This document shows, in pieces, positions 11,606 through 23,690 of a stretch of 64,000 nt of DNA. The stretch comes from Ylistrum balloti (Eukaryota): the NCBI RefSeq assembly GCF_031769215.1, contig NW_026782056.1:62001-126000 (forward strand), written 5' to 3'. The position numbers and the translations under genes were made by a program. The notes under the pieces were generated by a model. It was not told where the DNA came from. It saw only the letters and a list, made by a program, of their open reading frames with translations, and did no database searches. Every line of letters begins with the position of its first letter. Within the stretch, counting starts at the first letter, position 1.

Positions 11606-12310
11606 TTTAGGTCCACTCCATTCTTATTTACAGATTTTTTATAGGATGCCTTTTACACTTGATGCAGATGCGACACTGTCAATTAAACTTTGATGGTATT
11701 TTTCATGTTCTTATTGAGAAAGTGTTTTTTTTTCGTATCACAGATGTCGGTTTCATTGAAATAAGTCCATTTGAAATTTAATTATTTCGTTATTTGTTAT
11801 TGAAATAGATAACAACTTAGTTTTAACATTCAAATATTAATTATTAGCCTACATGTACCATTGTATATTTACTGGGTCCAACTGTATGAAATCAAGTGAA
11901 ATTCAAACCGGTAAAACGGTACGTGCAGATATTTCAATAACGTTCTATAAATAAACTAATCTTGATGGTTGAATCATTCAGATTTATACATCTTGCCCTT
12001 TGTGGGGATTTTCATACCCATAGCCACCATTACACCTGTTTAAACTGAAATGCAAAAGAACTTCAGAACTGAAATATCTTAACAGTCAGCTTCCTTTTCT
12101 ATTCTTACCACAAAACCACATTCCTAATTACTGAATTCAACAAAATGTTGATAACGATTCGCAAGCCTGAATGTAAGTTCCAGGATATATAAAAATTCAA
12201 ATGTCTTATTCTACTTTTTTCCTTTGTTTTTTTTTTTTAATTTGTATTGAATCCTTTTAAATCCGAAAATTGCCGTTGCTCGACACCTATTTTGTATTTA
12301 CAACATCCTT

Positions 12311-12343
12311 CGCGCATGCTTAGAATTCATTTCCGCGCCAAAA
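12311..12343. promoter_or_regulatory. Proximal promoter motifs: NRF1-like CGCGCATGC and E2F-type TTTCCGCGCCAAAA
   Basis: The motifs lie 124-156 nt upstream of the ATG at 12467. The reverse strand reads TTTTGGCGCGGAAA, a strong E2F consensus match. Confidence 0.55.
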
Positions 12344-12466
12344 CGAAAATATAAACAATGAACAGGTGTTTTCTTTTGATATTGCTATGAAAACTCTTTA
12401 AAGTAATGCTTGAAAGCAATCTGAATACATCATTTATTCATTTAAGAACCATCAATACTCATCGTC

Positions 12467-12577
12467 ATGTTCGCATCTCCAGGGAAAAGGAAGAATCCGT
12501 TTATGAATCAAGAGATTTGTCACCAAGCGGCAAACGTTCAGCATCGCATCTTATCCGATTCACAATATTTTTTACCG
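12467..12577 (+). CDS. C10orf143-like exon 1 (37 aa)
   Basis: ATG at 12467; donor CCG|GTACGT. Confidence 0.75.
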
Positions 12578-13758
12578 GTACGTATATCTGGGCCTTAATC
12601 TTTTGAAGTTAGCGACATCTTCATTGAAAATGCTTAATATCCGTTTGGGATTGTTGCACCCCCTATGCCTTAACTTATGTTTTTGATTTACTTCCCTTCC
12701 TTTGTCATGATCATCAAGTCTTCGGTTTTAAATGTTACAGAAGAGGGTCTGCACCGGTACCCAGGATAGTAATAACCAAGTACGCCTCACAACGATCCGG
12801 GAGGAGATTTATAACTCTATGCCCATAAATACCACCAAGATGTCAATCAACCTTCCACCATCACATCCAACTCCAACACCAAGCATTGCACAACCAACAG
12901 ATGACTGTCCTATGGAGGTACATGTACAAGTATATTTCAACTAATTGAATTTAAGATTTTTAAAAAATGATTTAGAAATATTATATAAATCATGGTAACC
13001 AATGCAATCAAAGCGCAATGTTTCATAACTGATTCTGTACTGCATTATAGATAATGAGAGTCAGCTGGCAATGCCTGGAAAGATTTTTCTATGCTGCATT
13101 CAATTGAATATTTAGAAATATTGCTAACACATCATTATGTCAATGTCTGAAGTAAACTATTCTACTTAAAAAGATGTTATGTTTATTGGGTATATGTAAA
13201 TCAAATCTTTTATTTCCAAACCACAGATAAGTTCTGAAGAGCAGCATTATGTTAACAATAATCTCAACAACAACAGTATTTGTGAAAGCAACAGACAAAG
13301 GATCACAAAGTGTTCACGTTGTGAGGCAGGTCAAGGGGTAAGAAATCTATATCTGTGCCAGTTGATGTGTTTGTCTAAACTCTACCTGGTATTTTTATTC
13401 AAGTTTATCAGATGTAGACCTTTGTAACATTTTGATTAAAACAGACAACTGATAAGATCATCATTAAAAATAAATTCATTTAAATTTGTGAATTTGTTTC
13501 CATAGCTGTGTTTTTTGATTGGTTGGTTTGTTCTATTTGCCAAGAGTTCGCCTTGTATATTGAGAATTGTAAAATCAACATTTCTTTAAATCTCGTAAAA
13601 GAATTTACTAGTTAAATGTTCACATATAATATTGTTTAATGTTCTTATATAATATTTGACCCTGTCTTAGTGTAGGATTAACCAAACATCTAGTGTAATG
13701 TACATGTATACAATATCTAACTATGTTTCAGGGACACTTTCAACACCTATTTCAATGA
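12467..13758 (+). CDS. C10orf143: Small uncharacterised protein, 141 aa, 4 exons, C-terminal CSRCEAGQGGHFQH motif; C10orf143-like
   Basis: Exons 12467-12577, 12741-12917, 13227-13337 and 13732-13758 are all phase 0 with GT-AG (donors gtacgt, gtacat, gtaaga), 426 nt in total. Protein: MFASPGKRKNPF...FLP/KRVCTGTQ...CPME/ISSEEQ...CSRCEAGQG/GHFQHLFQ*. The KRxC and CxRCxAGxxGHxxH motifs match my recollection of C10orf143; the orthology is not database-verified. Confidence 0.8.
12741..12917 (+). CDS. C10orf143-like exon 2 (59 aa, Pro/Thr-rich)
   Basis: Acceptor tgttacag; donor GAG|GTACAT; corresponds to ORF 12732..12944. Confidence 0.8.
13227..13337 (+). CDS. C10orf143-like exon 3 (37 aa, ends CSRCEAGQG)
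   Basis: Acceptor ttttatttccaaaccacag; donor GGG|GTAAGA. Confidence 0.85.
13732..13758 (+). CDS. C10orf143-like last exon (GHFQHLFQ*)
   Basis: Acceptor tatgtttcag; completes the GHxxH motif; stop TGA at 13756-13758. Confidence 0.8.
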   Translation, partial: GHFQHLFQ

Positions 13759-15419
13759 CGATAACCAAGGCATTTTGATGTACACAAATGTGCCATGCTA
13801 CTGCTAATTCAGGGAGAAGGACTTTGCTGATGATATTTCTATACTGGGGCCAACACGGAGACATGGTATTAATATTTTGTGACAGTCCTTTACAATTCTG
13901 TTCTCTATATCAGTTGCTGTACTGTATAAACACAATACACCAGTTTCAATGTTGAATCTTTGACAAACTGAAACAAAAAGTAATATATGAAAACTGTAAA
14001 AAAGTTTATTTCATGTCTGTTAAAGGAGTTGGTACACAAGCTTTCTTTAATCAAGAACTTTAAATAAAGCTAGTAATAACACTGCCTTTATGAGTTAATA
14101 CAATCAAAATCTGTGTAACTCAGACATAGCAGTGCAATCGTGTTATCGACTGAGGAAATCTGGTCAACAACCTGTAAACTATAGAGGTATCATTCTCATC
14201 CTATCCCACATTAATAGAGCATGACTTCTCATAAATGTCTCATTTTTTTACACAAAGTTTGTGTGTATACTGTTTGATAACACATTGTCCAGTATAATTC
14301 ATTTCTATGTTTCTGTTTTCATACTCATTTATATATGGAGTGGTCAAGCCAGATAAAGTTAACAGCCTTTATTTTACATCTCGTGTAAAGATATGGACTT
14401 TTCAGGTGTTGATACACATGTAATTGCCACAAATATTTGGAATTAGGATTTAAATCTTCTTATCACTGCAATATATCTGTAAAAGATATGAAAGGTTATG
14501 GAATTATTGAAACTTTACCTGAATGACTGTTTCATCAATATCATATGATATTTTCTCTCTGTGCTGATATTGACAATTAGTGAGTTGCTTCCCCTAGTCC
14601 ATTATGGCACAAAAGATGATTAAAGCCTTTCGTTACCAGGCTGTATCTCAAGTCGACTTGTTTAATTGGTTAGAATTAACCATTGGGTTGTGAATACAAA
14701 ATCAAATTGTTTGCACCCAGTAAATTCAAAGTATGTCCATTTGACCAATCATTATCTCTGGCATTGTTGATATTGAAAATTTTCACTAACCATTGGGTGA
14801 TACTCTAACCGAACAAGGACTTTTGGTTTAAAAACTATGTACCGTATGTGGAAAAATTCACACAAAATGATTTAGGGTGATTAAGAAAGGCAAACTATAT
14901 ACTTAGTTGATTCCCCTTTCTGTGTAAAAATACTAATGTGTTTGCATCAATCACATCATGTAGAATGGTCTTTGATTAGTGGTCTGTTGTTAGTTATTGG
15001 AGTTGTTCAGATTTTGTATCATATTCTTTGAAATAGACCCATATGTGTGCTAGTATACATATGACTAGATATTGTATACTTTGTGAATTTTTTTAGTAGG
15101 GAGTGTAAATGAAGAGTGTACAAGTGTGTTAAAGGTAACACTTCCCATGTCGACAACTGCCCCCTTCATAGTAATGGTAGAGTTACATTGTAATATCTTT
15201 GTGTATGTTTTGCATTATATGCATTTGTTTATATTGATGTTTTTCTTAGATCTCAAATAGTTTTATCTCAGTATTTTAAACATGTTTTAGTGAGTAATCT
15301 TACACATAAATTTGTATAATGGCAATAAAAGATACAATGGAAGTCAAGTGTTAAGTTATTTAAGATACTAATAAGTTTTTTAGACTACCATCAATAGATA
15401 GTTGGACGTTAAAGTCTTC

Positions 15420-16632
15420 CTACCTCTGCTCCAAGGTCCATCATCAGGATGTCTGTCCATCCATCGATCATAAAAAAATCTTGTTATTGCGATTTCTTGA
15501 GAAGTAGTGGACAGATATTTTTAAAATTTTATGTAAATTCCCATTGAGCCCTAGTTGTGCCCTTTTGAATTTGGGGCTGATCAGAAAAGGAAAAGAAAGA
15601 AAAAGCTGACTGGGGGCCAGGTAAGCTTATACTGTGGTGCAGTATTAGTCGCTGGAACATCCTGTGTCAACTTTTCTATTTAAACAATTTCCTGTCAATA
15701 ACCAGCAGACCAAATGCCATAGTAAATGTCTGGTTGGTTGCTGGGATAAATTTAATTTCAACAGCTTCTTCTGTATAACCATACGTTGTAGAAGTATGAT
15801 ACCCAGCTGAAAGGGTCATAGGATGAAGCCCCACAAAGTTTGTGAAAAGGAATGAACTTGACCCTTATTTGAATTCACATGGTTCAAATTGGTTTACACA
15901 TTTCAGCGACTTCTTCTGATTTACCAAAAGACACAGAAGCATGATATTTAAGTGATAGGTACACCTAGAAAGAATCCCGGTAAAGTTCGAAAAAAGAAGT
16001 CACCTTGACTTTTATTCAGAGTCACAGACGTTAAATTTATTTAAATCTTCTAACGATTTCCTCTGACTAACCAAAAGGCACAAAAGCATGTTATTTAGTT
16101 GATAGGTTCCTGGAATTAAATACGATTATTTAAGATCACAGGGTTAAAACTGGTTAAAACCTTAAAATGACAAACCATACGGTGTAGAATTATGATACCC
16201 GGCTGATAGGTTCATAGGATGAAGCCCCACAAAGTTTGTGAAAAGGAATGAACTTGACCTTTATTAAAAGTCACAGGGGTCAAATTTGTTGAAATCTTTA
16301 AACGACTCTTTCTGACTAACCAAAAGGCACAGAAGCATGATATTTAGTTGTTGGGTTCCTAGGATGAAGCCCAACAAGTTTTGCGAAAAGAAACAAAGAA
16401 ATTATTTTGATCCTTATTAAAAGTCACATGCGTCAAATGTGTAAACCTTTCGATGACTTCTCTGACTAACCAGAAGTTGTAAAAGAATGGTATTTGGCTG
16501 TTAGGTTCCTAGTATGATGACTAACGTTTGTGAAAAATGACTTGGACCAGTATTGAAGGTCACAGTGATCAAATGTCTTGAAATCTGTAAAATGTTTCTG
16601 GTAAACTAAAAGTCTGAGCAGCATGATATTTA
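15420..16632. mobile_element. Decayed non-autonomous DNA element(s) with ~140-150 bp internal subrepeats
   Basis: Starts with a degenerate TGTCCATCCATC tract. The block ...GACTAACCAAAAGGCACAGAAGCATGATATTTAG... recurs at about 15938, 16086, 16333, 16483 and 16620, and an ~80-bp block is duplicated at 15788 and 16184. This architecture is typical of abundant bivalve non-autonomous elements; the superfamily is not determinable here. Confidence 0.65.
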
Positions 16633-18550
16633 ATGGAAAGGTGTTTCTAGGTCCAAGCTCAACGAATTTCCAGAAAAAAAACTGGCATTTACTTCAAAAT
16701 CAAAGTCATAACTCTCACTGTTAGAAGCTCGTTGTTGTGAAAATTTGTTAAAATCGATTGGATGTGCCCACTTTGAATTCAAATAGAAAGAACGGAAAAG
16801 AAGAGAAAATACCCAACTCGTAAACAACAAAAAAAAATGACCAAGCGGCAAAATCCATGTTGTGGATAAAGATCTGTCGATTTAAAGGCTAAATTTAGTA
16901 AGTAGTAAACATATTAAGCATTACAAGCAAGTGGCATTATAATACACAGGGAATGCAAGCTTTCATGCTATCTATCTAAATATTTATACGGGCTAATGCA
17001 ATTCCGATATACAGCCAAGGCGTTTATAAAATAACTTCCGAACTTGTGATTACTAGTCAGTACAGAGACGGTGTCTATACCACACTGTATAATAAATAAA
17101 TTCGAATTCCACCTACGTGTAGATTCTAGTGATGTCTTTTACGTGGAATATGAATTCAGGTTCAAATCTGAAAAATATAGGACAAAACTATTTACAAACG
17201 AAAACGAAAGATTTGCACGGAAACCACCGATAAAGTACAGGTGGAATGAAACCAGATTTTCCGGAAGGGTTAGCGTCTCCGGACTCTTTTATTCACAATA
17301 CCCACCACTTGAAATGAGAACAAGTTTAACAACACCAGCCATACTAAAGCGCATCAAACACGTACAACTTCATTACCAAACAAGAAAATATTATTATTAC
17401 GACCGTAACAAATACCAAATCTGGTAAAGAAATGACACCTAACGCCGCTGCTGCAACACAACCACGTATTTTGGAGATGTTGTGATTGGAAGCCGTGGAT
17501 GAAGGTTGTTTTTGTTGTATCTAGATCAGTGCGTGACCTGTGGGTATCCATTCGTAAGAGCTTAAAGCTCAATCTCCACAGATTATTGTGAGCAATATAA
17601 TTTGCGGCCACGTCCCCGATGTAATACCTGACTCGTGTATCCTGTCATTGCTGATCCGTTGTACTAAGCAGTAATGACAAGTTGGTGTTTTTATTCCCGG
17701 TCTGATATATCAACACATTGACACCCACTCACGGGAATCAATGTCATTTTGAATATGAAAGATTTTAATTTGTTTACGATATATTCAATGAGCGTGGATT
17801 TTACAGGGAATGGGGACCTTTCTTATATCTGCCTGGTTGGCATTTTACGGATATTAAAATGTATACGGTCGTTTTAGGTTACTATTTGCATAATCGATAA
17901 AGATCATGTTTCATCTTTTATCAGGTTGGACGCAAGGGTGAAATTATTCATCTGATATGTCACGTTTTCTTTTATTTTCTTTTTAAGATTGAAAAATATC
18001 AAACATTTACGTGAAAATCGGCTATTGCACAAAGCACGTACTATTTGATTTTGTTGTACTCCTTGCAGTGTCCATATGTGTGTTTGGTGCCGTATGCTAC
18101 AAATACCCAACTTAAAGATAACCCGGATTGAGCTTGGGCGCCACGTACTCTAACAAAACACAAGTTTGCTTCGCCACCTAAAGCTGCGTTTGCACGTGTT
18201 TTACTGGAAAATCATACTTGTCCTCATACTGTACTTTAAATTGGGCAAATGCTGATGGATGGCAAGGTTATGGAATGGTTCAATATGATATAACATACAG
18301 TCAAAAAGCTACACGTTCTAATGTCAGCAATTCCGTTATTTTCCGTATAATGCAGCGTTTTTTAAAACCTAACCGACAGTTTTAAAGACCGTCCCATTTC
18401 TAGCAGACCTCGAAAGACAACAGATAGAGAAGGTAGAAGTATGTCCCATTCATCACTGACAATAAGCTCGGAGGACTGCAATGGGCACGTGATAATTCGA
18501 CACGGATTATGAGGTTTTGGTGAGGAGTCCACTGGTCTGACGAAAGTCGC

Positions 18551-19373
18551 TTACTTAGTCCGACAGACGACAGGGTCTTTTTACTCAGTCCGATAGACGA
18601 CAGGGTCTTTTTACTCATTCCGACAGACGGCAGCGTCTTTTTACTCAGTCCGACAGATGACAGGGTCTTTTTACTCAGTCCGACAGACGCAGACGACAGA
18701 GTCTTTTTACTCAGTCCGACAGACGGCAGTTTCTTTATACTCAGTCCGACAGATGACGGGGTCTTTTTACTCAGTCCGACAGACACAGACGACAAAGTTT
18801 TTTTACTCAGTCCGACAGACGGCAGTGTCTTTTTACTCAGTCCGACAGACGACAGGGTCTTTTTGCTCAGTCCGACAGACACAGACGACAAAGTTTTTTT
18901 ACTCAGTCCGACAGACGGCAGTGTCGTTTTACTCAGTCCGACAGACGGCAGCGTCTTTTTACTCAGTCCGACAGATGACAGGGTCTTTTTACTCAGTCCG
19001 ACAGACGCAGACGACAGAGTCTTTTTACTCAGTCCGACAGACGGCAGTTTCTTTATACTCAGTCCGACAGATGACGGGGTCTTTTTACTCAGTCCGACAG
19101 GCACAGACGACAAAGTTTTTTTACTCAGTCCGACAGACGGCAGTGTCTTTTTACTCAGTCCGACAGACGACAGGGTCTTTTTACTCAGTCCGACAGACAC
19201 AGACGACAAAGTTTTTTTACTCAGTCCGACAGACGGCAGTGTCTTTTTACTCAGTCCGACAGACGACAGGGTCTTTTTACTCAGTCCGACAGACACAGAC
19301 GACAAAGTTTTTTTACTCAGTCCGACAGACGACAGGGTCTTTTTACTCAGTCCGACAGACGACAGGGTCCTTT
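18551..19373. repeat. 30/36-bp minisatellite, ~26 units (TTTTTACTCAGTCCGACAGACGACAGGGTC) with 96-bp trimer structure
   Basis: Units of 30 and 36 nt; source of ORFs 18400..19305, 18657..19394 and 18863..19375. Confidence 0.97.
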
Positions 19374-19377
19374 AGCA

Positions 19378-20447
19378 CCATTAGTTTCTTTTAATTCCTG
19401 GCTCAAGAGATTTGATTGAGCATTTCGTATGTGTGTTACACAATTAGTTTCTTTTAATCCCTGGCTCCTGAGATTTGATTGAGCAGTGTGTATGCGTGTT
19501 ACACAATCAGCTTTTTTTTTATTCCTGGCTCCCGATATTGGATTGGGCAGTTTCAGTGTGTGTTACATAATTAGTGTTTTATAACTGGCTCCCGAGATTT
19601 GATTGAGCAGTTTGTACGTGTGTTACACAATTAGTTTCTTTTAAATCCTAGCTCTCGAGGTTTGATTGGTCAGTTTGTATTTGTGTTACACAATCAGCTT
19701 TTTATTTAAATTCCTGGTTCCCGAGATTTGATTGGGCAGTTTGTATTTGTGTTACACAATCAGCTTTTTATTCCTGGCTCCCGATATTTGATTGGGCAGT
19801 TTGTATTTGTGTTACACAATCAGCTTTTTATTCCTGGCTCCCGATATTTGATTGGGCAGTTTGTATGTGTGTTACACAATTAGTTTCTTTTAATTTATGG
19901 CTCCAGAGATTTGATTGAGCAGTGTGTATGCGTGTTACACAATTAGTTTCTTTTAATTCCTGGTTTCCGAGATTTGATTGAGCAGTGTGTATGTGTGTTA
20001 CACAATCATCTTTTTTATTCCTGGCTCCCCAGATTTGATTGGGCAAATTGTATGAGTGTTACACAGTCAGTGTTTTATTACTGGGTCCCGAGATTTGATT
20101 GAGCATTTCGTATGTGTGTTACACAATTAGTTTCTTTTAATCCCTGGGGCCAGGTATTTTATTGAGCAGTTTGTATATGTGTTACACAATCAGCTTTTAT
20201 TTAATTCCTGGCTCCCGATATTGGATTGGGCAGTTTGTATGCGTGTTAAACAATCAACTTTTTAATTCCTGGCTCCCGATATTGGATTGGGCAGTTTGTA
20301 TATGTGTTAAACAATCAACTTTTTTTTTATTCCTGGCTCCCGATATTGGATTGGGCAGTTTGTATATGTGTTAAACAATCAACTTTTTTTTTATTCCTGG
20401 CTCCCGATATTGGATTGGGCAGTTTCAGTGTGTGTTACATAATTAGC
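19378..20447. repeat. ~62-bp minisatellite, ~17 diverged copies (TTCCTGGCTCCCGAGATTTGATTGGGCAGTTTGTATGTGTGTTACACAATTAGTTTCTTTTA)
   Basis: Period of about 60-65; directly abuts the 30/36-bp array. Confidence 0.95.
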
Positions 20448-22446
20448 CCTTGTTATTCATGAATTCTGTGATTTTATGGGACAGTGTGTACATAAGTATG
20501 CTTCTTTGTGCTCAAGCGTTTATCAGATTCTGCGAATCTATTTTTGACGCAAAAGATCGATGGAAGTCATCCGTTAATTAGAAGCCAATCGATCGCCGAT
20601 TTCGTGTCAGAGGGAAGAAATCTGACCAATCAGAACATAAAGCACAGCTAGACAGCATGTTATTCTACCATCGTCATCGACAACCGTGCCTCCTCTATCG
20701 TCTTCCGGTTACTTCTCTGAAATCCTCCAAACGACTCTCGATATAGCCTTTTCTGATATTGCTCCTCCTGGTGAATACTTAAATCAGTCCTTTTTATAAC
20801 ACATTACATCCAAACTTAGTGTAAACATATGGAAATTCAAAACCTTAAAGATGAAATAATGATAGCGTTTTAATTTGAAACCTTTGATGAGGAAATTTTC
20901 TCGATACATGACTCGTGCGTTTTCCACCTCGCCATCTTTTCTCATCGTAAATCCATGACCTCTGACCTTCCTAGTTATCCTTGTAAACGAATGATGATGC
21001 GTAAATAAACCTTTGACACTCAACGACCTTCCGACCCTCATAGTCTTTCTGAAGTTCTATAATAGGGATGAAGTTAAATCTAATACTTTTATTACCTCTT
21101 CGTGGTGTAAATCCTTTTAAAATCATTGACATTCTTTCTACCGTAAATATACCTCAACATATATATATATATATAACATTCCGTCGATATAAAATCCAAA
21201 AGAGAGCTATGAGCAATTCACGAATCTAATGATACATGTTTTCCTAATGAGGAAACATAAAAAAATGTCAATGTTACATGTTGTAACCTTATTTACGCTA
21301 TCTCTCCTAAATGATCCTTATAGTTTAACCTTTAGATGTTTGCCTTGTTATTCAGATTATGAAATCTTGATATATTACATTTGTATCTATTGTGACGTCA
21401 TGAAATGATAACGGAATGACGTCATGTAATTGCGGATTATAGGATGAAGTCATATGTGTAAAATGGAGACGATATATCTGTATTAAGAAGGACACATGTT
21501 ATCTGCTTTTTTGAGTAAACTATTCTGAGTATGTGATGATGTATTTACACGTTAAATTCGTTTCCATTTAATAAGCGGTTTATGACAGATAATTTTTCAG
21601 TTATCTTGTCAGAGGTTTGCTAATGCGGAAAATTAGGGACGAATTACTTAAAACGCAGAGGAAAGGTAATGTATGATTATATTTGTCATCATATGTAAAT
21701 TATTTAGTGTCATGAATATCTTATAACATAGTTTGCCGGCTTCAGAAAGGTAAAGGTAAACATTTCAACTGTTTCATGGAGAAAGCTTTGTTTCTGCAAT
21801 GCCCCATCAATGGGATACAGCATTTTGTGGCCGTAAATACCTTCATCACATCACTAAAACTAATCGTGTTCTACGACCGGATATTGTTGATAAACGTTAT
21901 GGTGCCGGATAGATGTTTATGGAACGGTTTTTGTCATCTTCGATGGACCCTTTGGTACCCCTTGATCCTTTGTCAGTCTTAGTAAACCTTGCGGAATCCA
22001 ATTTTTTCCGTCTCTTGGTAATCTTCTGTAATCTTTAAAAGACCTTCGTAAATATTAATTCCCCTTTCCATAACCAGTTTTGGCTGACCTACAAGTCAGT
22101 AGTCGGTGATCTTCCGGTGTGAGAAATTAAAGATGACCTCGTTGCTGTTTACGAGATAAACGCTGACCCTATTGCGTTCATGGGATAATAGATGAATTCG
22201 TCGCAGTTCATGGGAATGACGCTGGTAATTTTGTTGATTTTGGATAAAAATGGGCTGGTGTTGTTCTAGGATTAAATGTGAATTTGTTACAATGAATGAT
22301 ATAAACTTGTTTTGTGGAAGTGAAATAGATTGAAACAGAATTCGTTGCAGTTCATGGGAATGAACAAATCGTGTTGCTGTTCTGGGGGAAAGACTGACTT
22401 TGCTTCTGTTCTGGGATTGAAACTGGCCTCATTCGAATTGATATCG

Positions 22447-23690
22447 TTGCTGTTCTGGTATAGGGACTGACCTTCTTGCTGTTCTGGTATAGAGACTGAC
22501 CTTCTTGCTGTTCTGGTATAGAGACTGACCTTCTTGCTGTTCTGGTATAGAGACTGACCTTCTTGCTGTTCTGGTATAGAGACTGACCTTCTTGCTGTTC
22601 TGGGATAGGGACTGACCTCCTGGCTGTTCTGGTATAGAGGCTGACCTCTTTGCTGTTCTGGTATAGAGGCTGACCTCTTTGCTGTTCTGGTATAGAGACT
22701 GACCTTCTTGCTGTTCTGGTATAGAGACTGACCTTCTTGCTGTTCTGGTATAGAGACTGACCTTCTTGCTGTTCTGGTATAGAGGCTGACCTCTTTGCTG
22801 TTCTGGTATAGAGACTGACCTCTTTGCTGTTCTGGTATAGAGGCTGACCTCTTTGCTGTTCTGGTATAGAGGCTGACCTCTTTGCTGGTCTGGTATAGAG
22901 ACTGACCTCCTGGCTGTTCTGGTATAGAGACTGACCTTCTTGCTGTTCTGGTATAGAGACTGACCTTCTTGCTGTTCTGGTATAGAGACTGACCTCCTGG
23001 CTGTTCTGGTATAGAGGCTGACCTTCTTGCTGTTCTGGTATAGAGACTGACCTTCTTGCTGTTCTGGTATAGAGACTGACCTTCTTGCTGTTCTGGTAAA
23101 GAGGCTGACCTCCTGGCTGTTCTGGTATAGAGACTGACCTTCTTGCTGTTCTGGTAAAGAGGCTGACCTTCTTGCTGTTCTGGTATAGAGGCTAACCTCT
23201 TTGCTGTTCTGGTATAGAGACTGACCTCCTGGCTGTTCTGGTATAGAGGCTGACCTCTTTGCTGTTCTGGTAAAGAGGCTGACCTTCTTGCTGTACTGGT
23301 ATAGAGGCTGACCTCTTTGCTGTTCTGGTATAGAGGCTAACCTTGTTGTTGTTCTGGGATAGAGTCGGGCCTCTTTGTTGTTCTGCGATAGGGACTGACC
23401 TCCTGGCTGTTCTGGTATAGAGACTGACCTTCTTGCTGTTCTGGTATAGAGGCTAACCTTGTTGTTCTGGGATAGGGACTGACCTCCTGGCTGTTCTGGT
23501 ATAGAGGCTGACCTCTTTGCTGTTCTGGTAAAGAGGCTGACCTTCTTGCTGTTCTGGTATAGAGGCTGACCTTCTTGCTGTTCTGGGATAGAGTCGGGCC
23601 TCTTTGTTGTTCTGCGATAGGGACTGACCTCCTGGTTGTTCTGGTATAAAGGCTGACCTTGTTGCTGTTCCGGGATAGAGTCGGACCTCT
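22447..23690. repeat. 29-bp minisatellite, ~43 copies (TTGCTGTTCTGGTATAGAGACTGACCTTC), with degenerate copies in both flanks
   Basis: Period of 29 (22447, 22476...). Weaker copies occur at 22130-22446 and 23691-23770. Confidence 0.97.

Noticed and set aside
18400-19394. Three long ORFs (301, 245 and 170 aa) as protein genes
   Set aside because: They arise from triplet-phased repeat units, lack a credible ATG or splice context, and both strands are open.
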